A stretch of 64,000 nucleotides of DNA. Source: an uncultured candidatus Brocadiaceae bacterium. Its GTDB lineage: Bacteria > Planctomycetota > Brocadiia > SM23-32. A program made the translations under genes and the position numbers. The stretch lies in the NCBI GenBank assembly GCA_964510315.1, contig CAZEAP010000010.1, forward strand, positions 22,201 through 86,200, in the 5' to 3' direction. The first letter of the stretch is position 1. The number at the start of each line of letters is the position of its first letter. A model generated the notes under the pieces. That model was not told the origin of the DNA. It did not search any database and saw only the letters and a program-made list of their open reading frames with translations. This document shows positions 1 to 9,484 of the stretch, piece after piece.

Positions 1-1470
1 GTTGCGCGTCTGGAAGTCGTCTATGAGGACCAGCGCATTGCGCTCGGCGGCGGCATTCAGGGTCGCGTTCACAACTTTCATGATCTCCGTGGCCGACCCG
101 CAGTCACCCAGCGGGCAGAACTCCACCAGGGCGATGGCCGCGTTGTAGCGGACGTCTTTGTTGCCCGACTCCAGTGCTTTCAGCAGGCCGTCGGCCGTAG
201 CCACGCCGGGCCGCGCCCCGATGGCGTCGAGCCTGGCACTGAGCGCCTTGACCAGGTAAAGGCTTGCCGGCCCGTCCTCGACCTCCACCGTCAGTTCCAG
301 CGCGTGGGCCAGCACGGGCGGCTCCATCAGATGCAGGACGATGGGCGCCCTGCGGGCCAGATCCTCGGCCCGCTCCGCGGCTTCCTGCTGCTGCGCTTCG
401 GTCAGGTCTCTGCCTCCGAGGCGGAACTCGGCCTTCTCAAACCGCTTGCACAGCGCGAGCTGCCGGGCCAGCGAGGCCCCAAGAAACGCTTGCAGCTCGG
501 GGTTGGCCGGATCGATCTTCAAGCCCTCCAGGGCAACCTCGGAAGCCATCTTCTGGTGATACAGGTAGTTCGGGACCTCCTCGTAGACCAGCTTCTCGGT
601 CAGTCCCGCGCCCGCCGGTTCCCACCCCCAAACGTCTGCGGTGAGACCGTAGGTGTAGCCCACCAGATGGGCCTTTTCGGCCAGATAGGCGTCGGCCAAT
701 TCAATGTACTGCTCCGGCGCCGGAGCCAGTTCGGCCGGCGATTTCCCCGTCAGGGACTGGAGTGCCTCGGCTGCGGCCTGCTGCACCGGGGCGGCGGCGT
801 CGGCGTCTTCCTGAGCCGCTTTCAGAGCCGCGACCGCCCGCTCATCGTCGAGCTGAGCGAGTACGCCGGCCACACGGCTCCGCACCAGAGGGTCCTCAGA
901 CTGGCGCAGCGCCTGGATAAGCGGCAGACAGGCGTCCCGCTGCATGTCGCCCAGCAGAGCGACGGCCCGGCCGACGACATGCTGTTTCTCGGGGTCCTCG
1001 ACGCCCAGGATCGGCACGACGTAAGGGACGGCATAAGGGCCGTGTGCCTTCAGCTCCGCAGTCGCCCTCGCGAATGCCTCCACGTCCTCGGACTTCAGGT
1101 CCGCGATCAGCTGCTCCGGACCCTCCACCTCTCTGCCTCTCTGGCGGACGGCGCGCGTCACCAGTTCGACCAGTTCTTCGGCCTGTGGGGCCATCTCTTC
1201 CTTGCGGGACATCTCGAACAGGACGCCGAGTTCGGCCCGGTTGCGCATCTTCAGCGCCGCGTGCATGCCGGGCTCCATCCCGAGCACTTCCTCGAACATA
1301 TCCCTGGCCTTCTGGTACTGGCCGGCCTTGTAGGCGTTGACTCCCTGCTGAAACAGCTCGAGCATCTGCTCCTCGCCGGCTTCAGCCGCGTGGACCGTGC
1401 CGGTGAAGACCATCGCAGCCGCCGCCAACACTACCAACGCCACTGCCCAACGTCTGGCATGCTTGCACAT
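1..1470 (-). CDS. Secreted HEAT/PBS-lyase-like repeat protein (N-terminal part; gene continues past window start)
   Basis: Not in ORF track because no stop lies in the window. My translation of the minus strand from ATG at 1470-1468 gives MCKHARRWAVALVVLAAAAMVFTGTVHA (signal-peptide-like) followed by a helical repeat protein with motifs like DVRYNAAIALVEF typical of HEAT/PBS-lyase repeats. The + ORF 304..1476 in the track is the antisense frame. Confidence 0.5.
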   Translation of the reverse strand, partial: MCKHARRWAVALVVLAAAAMVFTGTVHAAEAGEEQMLELFQQGVNAYKAGQYQKARDMFEEVLGMEPGMHAALKMRNRAELGVLFEMSRKEEMAPQAEELVELVTRAVRQRGREVEGPEQLIADLKSEDVEAFARATAELKAHGPYAVPYVVPILGVEDPEKQHVVGRAVALLGDMQRDACLPLIQALRQSEDPLVRSRVAGVLAQLDDERAVAALKAAQEDADAAAPVQQAAAEALQSLTGKSPAELAPAPEQYIELADAYLAEKAHLVGYTYGLTADVWGWEPAGAGLTEKLVYEEVPNYLYHQKMASEVALEGLKIDPANPELQAFLGASLARQLALCKRFEKAEFRLGGRDLTEAQQQEAAERAEDLARRAPIVLHLMEPPVLAHALELTVEVEDGPASLYLVKALSARLDAIGARPGVATADGLLKALESGNKDVRYNAAIALVEFCPLGDCGSATEIMKVVNATLNAAAERNALVLIDDFQTRN

Positions 1471-1550
1471 GAGTGACTCCTTGTGGAAGGCCCGGAGAAT
1501 TCAGTGTCCTCTCTTTTTAGCCCGGCCACGCCGGGCCGAAGTTATCCGCC

Positions 1551-2855
1551 TCAGAGGTAAGGTCTTTCCGGCTCCACCAGGTCCGCCGGAATTTCTCTGC
1601 GTCGGACCAACCGGCAGCCATCCCCCTCGACCAGCACCTCCGGGGGCCGGGGCCGGCTGTTGTAATTGCTGCTCATTGTGAAGCCGTAAGCTCCCGCGCT
1701 GAATACGGCCAGGAGCCGGTGCCCTTCCAGCGGCGGCAACGGCCGGTTCTGCGCGAGGTAATCTCCCGTCTCGCAGACGGGTCCGACGACATCAACCACC
1801 TCGGTAGTGAACTCATCGTAACTGCTGTCGCCGGGCCGCATCACCGCCGGCATGCCGCTCGGGCTGCGAACCGGCCATATCCTGTGGTACGACCCGTAAA
1901 GGGTCGGGCGGACCAGGTCGTTCATAGCGGCATCGCAAACCAGGAACCGCTTCCCGTATTCATTTTCCTTGCGGTAAATGACCCGCGTCAGCAGCAGTCC
2001 GCTATTCCCAGCAATGTACCGACCCGGCTCAATGATAACGCTGCAGCCGAGTTTTTCAAGATAAGATTGCACGGCCCGCGCGTAGTCGTCCGGGCCGATC
2101 ACCTCCTCGCCGGTGTAGGAAATGCCGTATCCGCCGCCCATGTTGAGGCAATCCAGCAAGAGGCCGTTCCGGTCCGCTCGTTCGAACAGGGCGCTCGTTT
2201 TCTCCAGCGCCCGCTCGTAGGGCTCGGTGCTGTGGACGGGCGACCCCAGGTGGAGATGAATGCCTCTGAGGTTCACCCCTGGCCAGTCAGCGGCCTCCGC
2301 CAGAAGCCTCTCAGTTTCTTCAATACCTATACCAAATTTCGTCTCCCCTTTACCAGTGGCGGTCTTGCGGTGAGTGCCGGGCTCAATGTCGGGGTTCAGC
2401 CGGAGGCAGACCGGCGCCGCAGTACCTTCAGAATCCGCCAGTTCGCTGAGACGCTCCAGTTCGGGGCGTGATTCCACGTTGAACATGTGAATGCCGGCGT
2501 CGAGGGCATACTGGATCTCCTCGGCCGTCTTGCCGGCGCCGGCGAAGACAATCCGCCCCGGCTCCGCCCCCGCCTCCAGGGCGCGGTACAGCTCGCCGCC
2601 GCTGACGACGTCGAAGCCGCTGCCCTGCTCGGAGAGGAGCTTGAGGATGGAAAGGTTACTGCAGGATTTTACCGAGAAGCACACCAGAGCTTCCCACGAT
2701 GCAAAAGCGTCGCGGATGCAGCGAAAACGCTCCGTTAAGGCGGTGGCGCTGTAGACGTAGCAGGGCGTCCCGTGCTCTTCCGCAATCCGTGCGGCGGGCA
2801 CACCCTCGCAGTACAGCTCGCCCTCGCGGTAGTGAAAGCCGTTCGGAACGCTCAT
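1551..2855 (-). CDS. lysA: Diaminopimelate decarboxylase
   Basis: Translation MSVPNGFHYREGELYCEGVPAARIAEEHGTPCYVYS...GGGYGISYTGEE matches LysA (PLP-dependent fold-III decarboxylase). I chose the internal ATG at 2855 (MSVPNGF) rather than the upstream in-frame M at 2909. Confidence 0.9.
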   Translation of the reverse strand: MSVPNGFHYREGELYCEGVPAARIAEEHGTPCYVYSATALTERFRCIRDAFASWEALVCFSVKSCSNLSILKLLSEQGSGFDVVSGGELYRALEAGAEPGRIVFAGAGKTAEEIQYALDAGIHMFNVESRPELERLSELADSEGTAAPVCLRLNPDIEPGTHRKTATGKGETKFGIGIEETERLLAEAADWPGVNLRGIHLHLGSPVHSTEPYERALEKTSALFERADRNGLLLDCLNMGGGYGISYTGEEVIGPDDYARAVQSYLEKLGCSVIIEPGRYIAGNSGLLLTRVIYRKENEYGKRFLVCDAAMNDLVRPTLYGSYHRIWPVRSPSGMPAVMRPGDSSYDEFTTEVVDVVGPVCETGDYLAQNRPLPPLEGHRLLAVFSAGAYGFTMSSNYNSRPRPPEVLVEGDGCRLVRRREIPADLVEPERPYL

Positions 2856-2960
2856 GATGGGCTCCCCTGCGTGGAGCGGTCCACGGGCCCTCCCCGGGCG
2901 CGCGGACACAACGGGGAAAGAATACCGAAAACTGCGCCGAAGTCAAACCGGCCGGCGGTA

Positions 2961-4316
2961 TCAGGTGTCCTGCCGCAGAAGCGCCAGGGCTTCCCCCAGG
3001 TTCCTGACCGTATGCAGGTCCCCGGCGAAGCCGGCGGCGTCCTCGGCGTTACCGGCGGGAATGACGGCTGCGCCGAAGCCCAGCTTCTCGGCCTCTTTCA
3101 GCCGTTCTCGCACGCGCCCCACGGCCCGCACTTCCCCGCCGAGGCCCACCTCGCCCACGGCGACGGCCTCGGGCAGGAAGGGCTCGTCGCGGAAGCTGGA
3201 GGCCAGCGCCAGCACCAGTGGCAGGTCCGCGGCGGGTTCGAGGACCCGCAGGCCCCCGGCGATGTTGACGAACGCGTCGCTGCCGCCCAGTTCCAGGCCG
3301 GCCCGCCTCTCCAGCACCGAAAGCATCATGCTGAAACGCCGATAGTCCACCCCGCTGACCTTACGCTCCGGGGTTCCATAAGCGCCCGGGCCGACCAGGG
3401 CCTGGACCTCGACCAGCAGGGCGCGGCTGCCCTCCATGGCCGGCATGACGACGGAGCCGCAGACCGTCGGATCGCGCTCAGCGAGAAACAACTTGCTCGG
3501 GTTCCCCACCTCGCGGAGCCCGCGCCGGCCCATCTCGAACACGCCGATCTCGTTGACCGCCCCGAAGCGGTTCTTGGTGGCCCGCAGGATGCGCAACGAC
3601 TGGAAGTCCTCCGTCTCGAAATACAGAACCGTGTCCACCAGGTGTTCCAGCGCCCGGGGACCCGCGATGACGCCCCGCTTGGTCACGTGCCCTACCAGGA
3701 AGAGGGCGCGTCCGTTCTTCTTGGCGTGCTCAATCAACGCGTTGGCGCAAGTTCGGACCTGCCGCAGGCTTCCCGGCGCCGAGTCCACCCCCTTGGCCGC
3801 CACCCTCTGTATGCTGTCCACGACGACAACCTGGGGATCCTCCTTCTCCATGGCCGGCAGCAGTGCGCCCAGCGAGCCGTCCGCAACCACAGAGAGGTTG
3901 GAGTCCCCCAGCCCCAGGCGGTCGGCCCGGATCTTCACCTGTGGGAGTGACTCCTCGCAGCTCGCGTACAGGCAGCGGGAGCCCTGGGCCGCCATCCGGC
4001 CGGTCGCCTGAAGGAGCAGCGTAGACTTGCCCACGCCGGGCGCCCCGCCCAGCAGGATGGTGCTTCCCAGCAGTACTCCGCCGCCCAGCACGCGGTCCAA
4101 TTCCGGAAAGCCGGTGGCCGCCCGGACCCCGCGCTCCACGCTCAGTTCACTCAGTTTAAAGGTGGGCGCGGCACTGCCGCCGGACCGGACCTCGGATGTG
4201 CCGGATTCGGCCTCCTCGAGGCTGTCCCACTCACCGCAGTTGGGGCAACGTCCGCTCCAGCGGTAGAACTTCCCTCCGCACTCGGCGCATTCGTAGCGGG
4301 TCCGATCTTTGGCCAT
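2961..4316 (-). CDS. radA: DNA repair protein RadA/Sms
   Basis: MAKDRTRYECAECGGKFYRWSGRCPNCGEW zinc ribbon, Walker A GGAPGVGKST, KNRFG motif and a C-terminal Lon-like domain. ATG at 4316 is preceded by GAGGAG. The ORF-track start at 4487 is an upstream extension. Confidence 0.9.
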   Translation of the reverse strand: MAKDRTRYECAECGGKFYRWSGRCPNCGEWDSLEEAESGTSEVRSGGSAAPTFKLSELSVERGVRAATGFPELDRVLGGGVLLGSTILLGGAPGVGKSTLLLQATGRMAAQGSRCLYASCEESLPQVKIRADRLGLGDSNLSVVADGSLGALLPAMEKEDPQVVVVDSIQRVAAKGVDSAPGSLRQVRTCANALIEHAKKNGRALFLVGHVTKRGVIAGPRALEHLVDTVLYFETEDFQSLRILRATKNRFGAVNEIGVFEMGRRGLREVGNPSKLFLAERDPTVCGSVVMPAMEGSRALLVEVQALVGPGAYGTPERKVSGVDYRRFSMMLSVLERRAGLELGGSDAFVNIAGGLRVLEPAADLPLVLALASSFRDEPFLPEAVAVGEVGLGGEVRAVGRVRERLKEAEKLGFGAAVIPAGNAEDAAGFAGDLHTVRNLGEALALLRQDT

Positions 4317-4422
4317 GGGCTCTCCTCGGGACGACGGGACGGCGCGGGTATGATAGTGGCAGAGCCGGTTGATGCAAAGGCCGCGGCCCTGCCCGCCCGT
4401 GGCGGGGGCCGACGGTCGGACC

Positions 4423-5475
4423 TCAGGCGCTCTCCAGCAATTCCTCCAGGGAGAACTCCACCACACCGGTGCAGGTGTCGGCGGCACCGTAGTAGACCAG
4501 CACCGTATCGTCCCGACGAACTATGCCCGTTGGGAACACCACCGAGGGGACAAACCCCTCCTTCTCGAATGGGGCTTCGGGCACGAAGATCGGCTCGGTC
4601 GAGCGGCTGACAATCATGGAGGGATCGTCTTTGTCCAAAAGCAGCACGCCGGCCGAGTAGGTCCCGACCTCCCCTTCGACGGCCGAGAACGTCTTGCCGT
4701 GGTAGATCTCCAGCCAGGCTTGCTCCATCTCCAGCGGCGGGCAACCGGCGCCGATTCTCCCCACCTCCCAGGCGGCCTCTCCCGCGTGCAGAGGGACATG
4801 GTTGCCCCACGCCAACGCATCGACGGAGCGGGCAAGCCACATGCCCGGGGAAGAGAAGTGCATACGCGGGTTCGGCCGATGGAGGGCAACGTAGCTGCCG
4901 TCGATCTTCCGGGGAAAGAGCACCACGTCCTTGTTCTCCGGGCAGAAGATGATGCCGTGGCGCTGGAACGTCTCGAAGTCCTCCGTGGAGGCCAGCGCTG
5001 TGAGCGCCCCGTGCTCGGAGACCCCGACGTAGGTGAAGTAGCATTTCCCCCCGATGCGGACAATCCGGGGGTCCTCCGCGCCGAAGCTCTCCCAGTGCTC
5101 CTGCGGCATGAACCGGCCGATCTCCGGCCCGAGGGCGCGACCTTCGGGGATGCGGAACACCCGAAGGTGAGAGGTAGTGGTCATCCGCAGGCGCCGGTAC
5201 TTGCGCAGGAGAACTACCCGGGGGTCGATCTTCTCCAGCTCGGAGTCCGGCACCCAGTCCACCGTCAGCCCCTCTTCGGGGTCCCACCGCGGAAGCGGGC
5301 TCTGGCCGGGCGACTGCTCCGCAGGTCGCTCCGCCACCCGGACCACCAGCACCACCTCGCCATCCAGCTCGACCGCGCCGGGATTGAATGTGCCCACGAC
5401 CTCGAAGTCCGGGCGGGAGGGCTCGATATCCGAAGGCTTGATCAGGCACTCATTGAAGAAGCGGCGCGCAGTCAT
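4423..5475 (-). CDS. Glycoside hydrolase family 130 protein (beta-mannoside phosphorylase-like)
   Basis: Motifs FNPGAVELDG, HRPNPRMHF and VFPTG are typical of GH130 (DUF377 glycosidase-related). The first ATG is at 5475 (MTARRFF); a GTG at 5484 is also possible. Confidence 0.75.
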   Translation of the reverse strand: MTARRFFNECLIKPSDIEPSRPDFEVVGTFNPGAVELDGEVVLVVRVAERPAEQSPGQSPLPRWDPEEGLTVDWVPDSELEKIDPRVVLLRKYRRLRMTTTSHLRVFRIPEGRALGPEIGRFMPQEHWESFGAEDPRIVRIGGKCYFTYVGVSEHGALTALASTEDFETFQRHGIIFCPENKDVVLFPRKIDGSYVALHRPNPRMHFSSPGMWLARSVDALAWGNHVPLHAGEAAWEVGRIGAGCPPLEMEQAWLEIYHGKTFSAVEGEVGTYSAGVLLLDKDDPSMIVSRSTEPIFVPEAPFEKEGFVPSVVFPTGIVRRDDTVLVYYGAADTCTGVVEFSLEELLESA

Positions 5476-5612
5476 CGAAATCACCGTAATTCAGTTAATG
5501 CTTTTTAGACTCCGCCGACGGAGCCTTCCCCACCCGCGCAATTACCGGAGTTCCTCCCGGACGTCCACCAGCCGCCGGAGCCGGTCGCATCCCCGAACTT
5601 CAGACTTCGCTG

Positions 5613-6725
5613 TTACCGGTGGGCCAGCCGATCGGCTTGCAGCGCGGCGGCCAGCGCCTCGCGGCCGTTCTCTTCGGTCACGATTCTCTCGTGCCCGGAA
5701 TCCCGAATCCACTCCACCTGGTCGGCGATCATCCCGCGCAGCAGTTCGCCGTAGCGGTGCATCTCCTCCCGGCCTTCTCCGGCGGTGAGGCGGATCATCT
5801 GGGCGACGTCCAGCTCCTTTTCCCTCCCCCGGCAGGCCCGCTTCTCGGGCGGGTAATCTGCGGTCACGTCCAGCCGGTAGTCCGGAAATATCTCGCAGAG
5901 ACGGCGGGTGGCGGCCTCGTCGGCCAGCGCGTGTATACTCAGGGAAGTGGGAATCCACCCGTGCAGCCTCAGGTCGCCCCGCTCGAACAGGATCCGCGTC
6001 TCCTGCCGGTCCATCCGCCACGGCTGGTGGAAGCCGTGGTAGAAATGCCCGATCACGCCTCCGTCGTAGCGGACGCTGCACTGCACCTGCTCCTCGAGGC
6101 TGGTGTGGGGACGGCAGGTGGCCTGCGCGGCCACCACCCGGCCTGGCCCGAGCCAGCCGGCAAACAGGTCGAAGAAATGCACGCCGTGCTCCACGAAGAT
6201 TCCCCCGCTCTTCTCCCGGTCCCAGAACCAGTGGTCCGGGGGCAGCCCTTCGTCGGCGGCGTAGTTCTCGAACGAAGCGTGAAGAACCGCACCTAACGCG
6301 CGGGATTCGATCAGTTCGCGCACCTGCCTGAAGACGGGGTTGTAGCGCTGCATCAGGTCGGTCACCATCAGCAGGCCCCGCTCGCTCGCCGCGGCGAGCA
6401 TCTCGTCGGCCTGCTCGAGCGTCAGCGCCAGGGGCTTCTCGCAGATGACGTGTTTCCCGGCCTTCAAGGCCTTGATGGACTGCTCGTAGTGCAGGAACGG
6501 AGGCGTGCCGACGTAGACGAGGTCTATGTCGTCCCTCCCGACCAGGTCCTCAACGCCGCCGAAGTCGGGGATCCCGAACCGGGCTGCGGCCCTCGCGGCA
6601 GCGTCCTGGAAGGTTCCCGCCATGCCCACCAGTTCCACGCCGTCCACCTGCACGAACTGCTGGAGGGCAAACAGAGCGAAGCTGCCGCAGCCCACAACGC
6701 CGACCCTGACGCTCTTCTCTTCCAT
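5613..6725 (-). CDS. Gfo/Idh/MocA family oxidoreductase
   Basis: N-terminal Rossmann motif RVGVVGCGSFALF...ICEKPLA. Start taken at MEEKSV (6725); the track's upstream M at 6821 is possible. Confidence 0.75.
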   Translation of the reverse strand: MEEKSVRVGVVGCGSFALFALQQFVQVDGVELVGMAGTFQDAAARAAARFGIPDFGGVEDLVGRDDIDLVYVGTPPFLHYEQSIKALKAGKHVICEKPLALTLEQADEMLAAASERGLLMVTDLMQRYNPVFRQVRELIESRALGAVLHASFENYAADEGLPPDHWFWDREKSGGIFVEHGVHFFDLFAGWLGPGRVVAAQATCRPHTSLEEQVQCSVRYDGGVIGHFYHGFHQPWRMDRQETRILFERGDLRLHGWIPTSLSIHALADEAATRRLCEIFPDYRLDVTADYPPEKRACRGREKELDVAQMIRLTAGEGREEMHRYGELLRGMIADQVEWIRDSGHERIVTEENGREALAAALQADRLAHR

Positions 6726-6817
6726 ACCGGCGGCCCCTGATGTGAACTGAAAGTTCGAAACGTCAAGCGTACCGGAGCCCCGCGGCCGGCTCAACCCTAA
6801 CCATCGCTGAGCGGCAT

Positions 6818-7765
6818 TCACTCGATTGGCCGGGCCGTCTCAAGGAAGGCACCCACTTCGTCCATGTCGGGGATGCCCCGGCGTCCTCCGAGAGCTCTGC
6901 ACTTGAGGGCGGCGGTCGCCGCGGCCACCTGCATGGCTTTCTGTAGTTCCCACCCCCGAGCGACACCCAGCGCCATGGCGCCGTGATAGGCGTCTCCACA
7001 GCCTGTGGTATCCACCACTACCGGTGGGTGGTAGGCGGGCTGGTAGATGGCCCCGCCGGCCTGACGGGCCGCCGAGCCCCTCGTCCCGGCGGTTACCACG
7101 GCCGCTATTGCCCCGAACGGGGCCATCTCCTCAAACAGCGCTTCGGCGCCCTGTTCTGCACTCGACGCACCGTACCGCTCGGCTGCGAATTCCAGGGGAA
7201 CGATCACGTAATCGCCCAGGGACAGGAACTCCTCGGTCTCCTCGCCGCCGACTTCCAGGTCCATCGTGACGGTCGTCCCCATCGACCGTGCCAGCCGGGC
7301 GGCAGCCAGCGCGGCCCGCGGGTAGTAGTCATCCACGTGCAGCACCTCGGTGCGGCGGAGGGCCTGTTCGGAAACGTGCTCCGGCCCAAGTTCGGGAGCA
7401 TCCTCGGAACTCCACAGTATCATCCGGGTGCCGGCGGCCCGATCCGCCACGATCACGGCGAGGTGAGCGGACGCCCCCTCCACCCGCTCGACGAATCCGA
7501 TGTCGATGCCCTCCCGCTCCAGGGCTGAGACGGAGAAGTCGCCGAAAAAGTCGTCCCCCAGGGCGCCCAGATAGGCACAATGGCCTCCGAGCCGCGAGGC
7601 TGCGACGAGCGCAGTGCCGACCAGGCCGCCCCCCTGAGCCTGGATGGAGCGGGCCTCCATCTTTGCATCCGGTCCGGGCAGCCGGTCCGCCTCGGCGATG
7701 ATGTCGAACGCACAGACGCCCAATCCGACGATGTCGTATCCTGAAGCCATTACTCGGCCCTGCAC
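6818..7765 (-). CDS. PfkB-family carbohydrate kinase (ribokinase-like)
   Basis: DIVGLGVCAFD N-terminus and DTTGCGDAYHGAMA C-terminal PfkB signature. Start is GTG at 7765 or ATG at 7750. Confidence 0.75.
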   Translation of the reverse strand: MQGRVMASGYDIVGLGVCAFDIIAEADRLPGPDAKMEARSIQAQGGGLVGTALVAASRLGGHCAYLGALGDDFFGDFSVSALEREGIDIGFVERVEGASAHLAVIVADRAAGTRMILWSSEDAPELGPEHVSEQALRRTEVLHVDDYYPRAALAAARLARSMGTTVTMDLEVGGEETEEFLSLGDYVIVPLEFAAERYGASSAEQGAEALFEEMAPFGAIAAVVTAGTRGSAARQAGGAIYQPAYHPPVVVDTTGCGDAYHGAMALGVARGWELQKAMQVAAATAALKCRALGGRRGIPDMDEVGAFLETARPIE

Positions 7766-7995
7766 TTTCCCGTTCTGCGCAGAAGTCAGCGTTGTGGCGG
7801 CCCGGAGCGAAACGGAAGCCTACGGCCAGAGAAGCAACTTGTCAAATCGGTTTATTTCGGGGAAAACACGCCCGGAAGATGGCGGTCGAAAGCGCTAAAG
7901 CGTTTGCGCAGGGCCGCCCCTTGGCCTATATTGACCGCCTGAAGGGGGCGCCAGGAAAGTTCACAGAAAGCGACGGCAGACAGCGGAGGTGCAGT

Positions 7996-9321
7996 ATGGT
8001 CAGACGCATAATCGTCGGAGAATCCGGAGGGCCCACGCCGGTGATCGACTGGGAGGTGGCGGGCATCATCGACGCCGCCCAGAAGGCCGGGCTCGAAATC
8101 TATGGGATGATCAACGGGCTGGAGGGCCTGCTGAATGCCAACATCGAGGGCAACGTGGTCGATCTCACCCAGATGGACCCGATGTCCTTCGTGTTCAACG
8201 GTCCCGGGGCGGGGCTGAAAACCACCCGCATAAAGCCCGACGAGGAGCAGTACCGGAAGATCGCCCAGCACCTGGAATCCTTCGGCGTGGACGGGGTTAT
8301 CTACATCGGCGGCAACGACAGTGCCGACCAATTGCTGGGCCTGACCGAACTGGTGGACTTGGCGGCCGTGCACGCGATCAAGACGGTGGACAACGACCTG
8401 CCGGCGACCCACCACTGCCCGGGTTGGGGTTCGGCGGCGCTCTACAACGCCACCGCCCTGAAGAACGTCCACAGTGACTTCTCCTCCTACGCCGTGCAGG
8501 CCAATTTCTCCGAGCAGGGGAAGGTGGTCCAGGGCTGGGACACCGCCCCCGTGGTGATCTACCAGGTGATGGGCCGGAAGGCCGGCTGGCTGGCCGAGGC
8601 CACCGCCTTCGCCCGGGTGGACCCCCGCGGCGAGATGATCCCCGATGCTCCGCCTCACATCGTTCTCTGCCGGGAGAACCTCTTCGACAAGCAGGCATTC
8701 CTCGACAAGGTCGACGACACGGTGAGTCGCCTGGGGCAGGCCGTGATCGTGGTCCAGGAAGACCTGACCGACAAGGACGAGCGTGAAAGCATCGCAACGG
8801 TCTACGGGGGGCCGGTGGTGCGGGACGAACACGGCAACATCCAGCACGGGCGGGCCACCTCATTCAGTCCGGCCATATTCCTGAGCCAGATCGTGGAGTC
8901 GGAGCTGAAGGTGGAGACGGTGCCCGGCAGGATTAAAGACTGCACCCTCAACCCCCAGCACATCCAGCGGAGCTGCATGATGTCCACCGTCGACGCCTCC
9001 GAGGCCTACCGGATTGGCTACGCCGCAGTCGAGGCAATGACCTCCGGGGAGACCAAAAAGTCGGTGGTCCTCGAGCGGAAGAACGGCGGAACCTGCACGG
9101 GGCTGACCGACCTGTCCAACATCGCCGGGAAGGAGAGGCAGGTTCCCTCCGAATACATCCAGGGCATGGACGGACCCACCCAGCAGTTCATCGACGAGTT
9201 CATCTACGTCATCGGCGGACCGGTGGGAATCCCCCACTACTCCCAGATGCAGTTCAGGAGCGTGCCCGTCCCCGACCCCATAAGGGGCAACCCCTACGTC
9301 AGGGAAGAGGCTGCTCCGTAG
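7996..9321 (+). CDS. pfk: 6-phosphofructokinase (PfkA family; possibly PPi-dependent type)
   Basis: PFK motifs GGNDS (GGDGS/GGDDS position) and MGRKAGW. ATG at 7996 is preceded by GGAGGT. The upstream part of the track ORF (from 7792) is unlikely to be coding. Confidence 0.8.
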   Translation: MVRRIIVGESGGPTPVIDWEVAGIIDAAQKAGLEIYGMINGLEGLLNANIEGNVVDLTQMDPMSFVFNGPGAGLKTTRIKPDEEQYRKIAQHLESFGVDGVIYIGGNDSADQLLGLTELVDLAAVHAIKTVDNDLPATHHCPGWGSAALYNATALKNVHSDFSSYAVQANFSEQGKVVQGWDTAPVVIYQVMGRKAGWLAEATAFARVDPRGEMIPDAPPHIVLCRENLFDKQAFLDKVDDTVSRLGQAVIVVQEDLTDKDERESIATVYGGPVVRDEHGNIQHGRATSFSPAIFLSQIVESELKVETVPGRIKDCTLNPQHIQRSCMMSTVDASEAYRIGYAAVEAMTSGETKKSVVLERKNGGTCTGLTDLSNIAGKERQVPSEYIQGMDGPTQQFIDEFIYVIGGPVGIPHYSQMQFRSVPVPDPIRGNPYVREEAAP

Positions 9322-9379
9322 AAAAGGACCCGTTCGCGCTTGTGTGGGCGCGCGGCCTTCCCGTGGTCCTTTCCCGCTC

Positions 9380-9484
9380 CGGCTGCCCATGCGCAGCGCA
9401 CCGAACGGCGAGATTCCCGTCGAAGGCGGGCAAGCTTCGCTCGCAGAAGAACCCGCTCGCGCAGAATGACATCCCGGGCGGTGA
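9380..9484 (+). repeat. Non-coding repeat element, copy A (core 9426-9484)
   Basis: Core ggcgggcaagcttcgctcgcagaagaacccgctcgcgcagaatgacatcccgggcggtg is about 86% identical to 23263-23320, with weaker similarity extending about 45 nt upstream. A 1-nt indel shifts the reading frame between copies, which argues against coding. Confidence 0.5.

Noticed and set aside
304-1476. 390-aa + strand ORF in the ORF track
   Set aside because: Composition (L/R/Q/G-rich, no motifs) and position show it is the antisense frame of the real minus-strand HEAT-repeat gene, which has a signal peptide and runs off the window start.
4151-5508. Three long overlapping ORFs (4151..5449 -, 4369..5508 +, 4614..5063 -)
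   Set aside because: These are alternative frames of the GH130 gene region in high-GC DNA: Arg/Pro/Gly-rich with no domain signatures. Only the 4423..5475 frame encodes a recognisable protein.
5490-5530. Hairpin ctccg-ccga-cggag near the end of the Gfo/Idh gene, flanked by a T-run on the + strand
   Set aside because: The T-run precedes rather than follows the stem on the + strand, and is an A-run for the minus-strand transcript, so it does not fit an intrinsic terminator in either direction.
7860-7940. Promoter-like hexamers (TTGTCA, TATATT) upstream of pfk
   Set aside because: Spacings between candidate -35 and -10 elements are not in the 16-19 nt range in a convincing combination.
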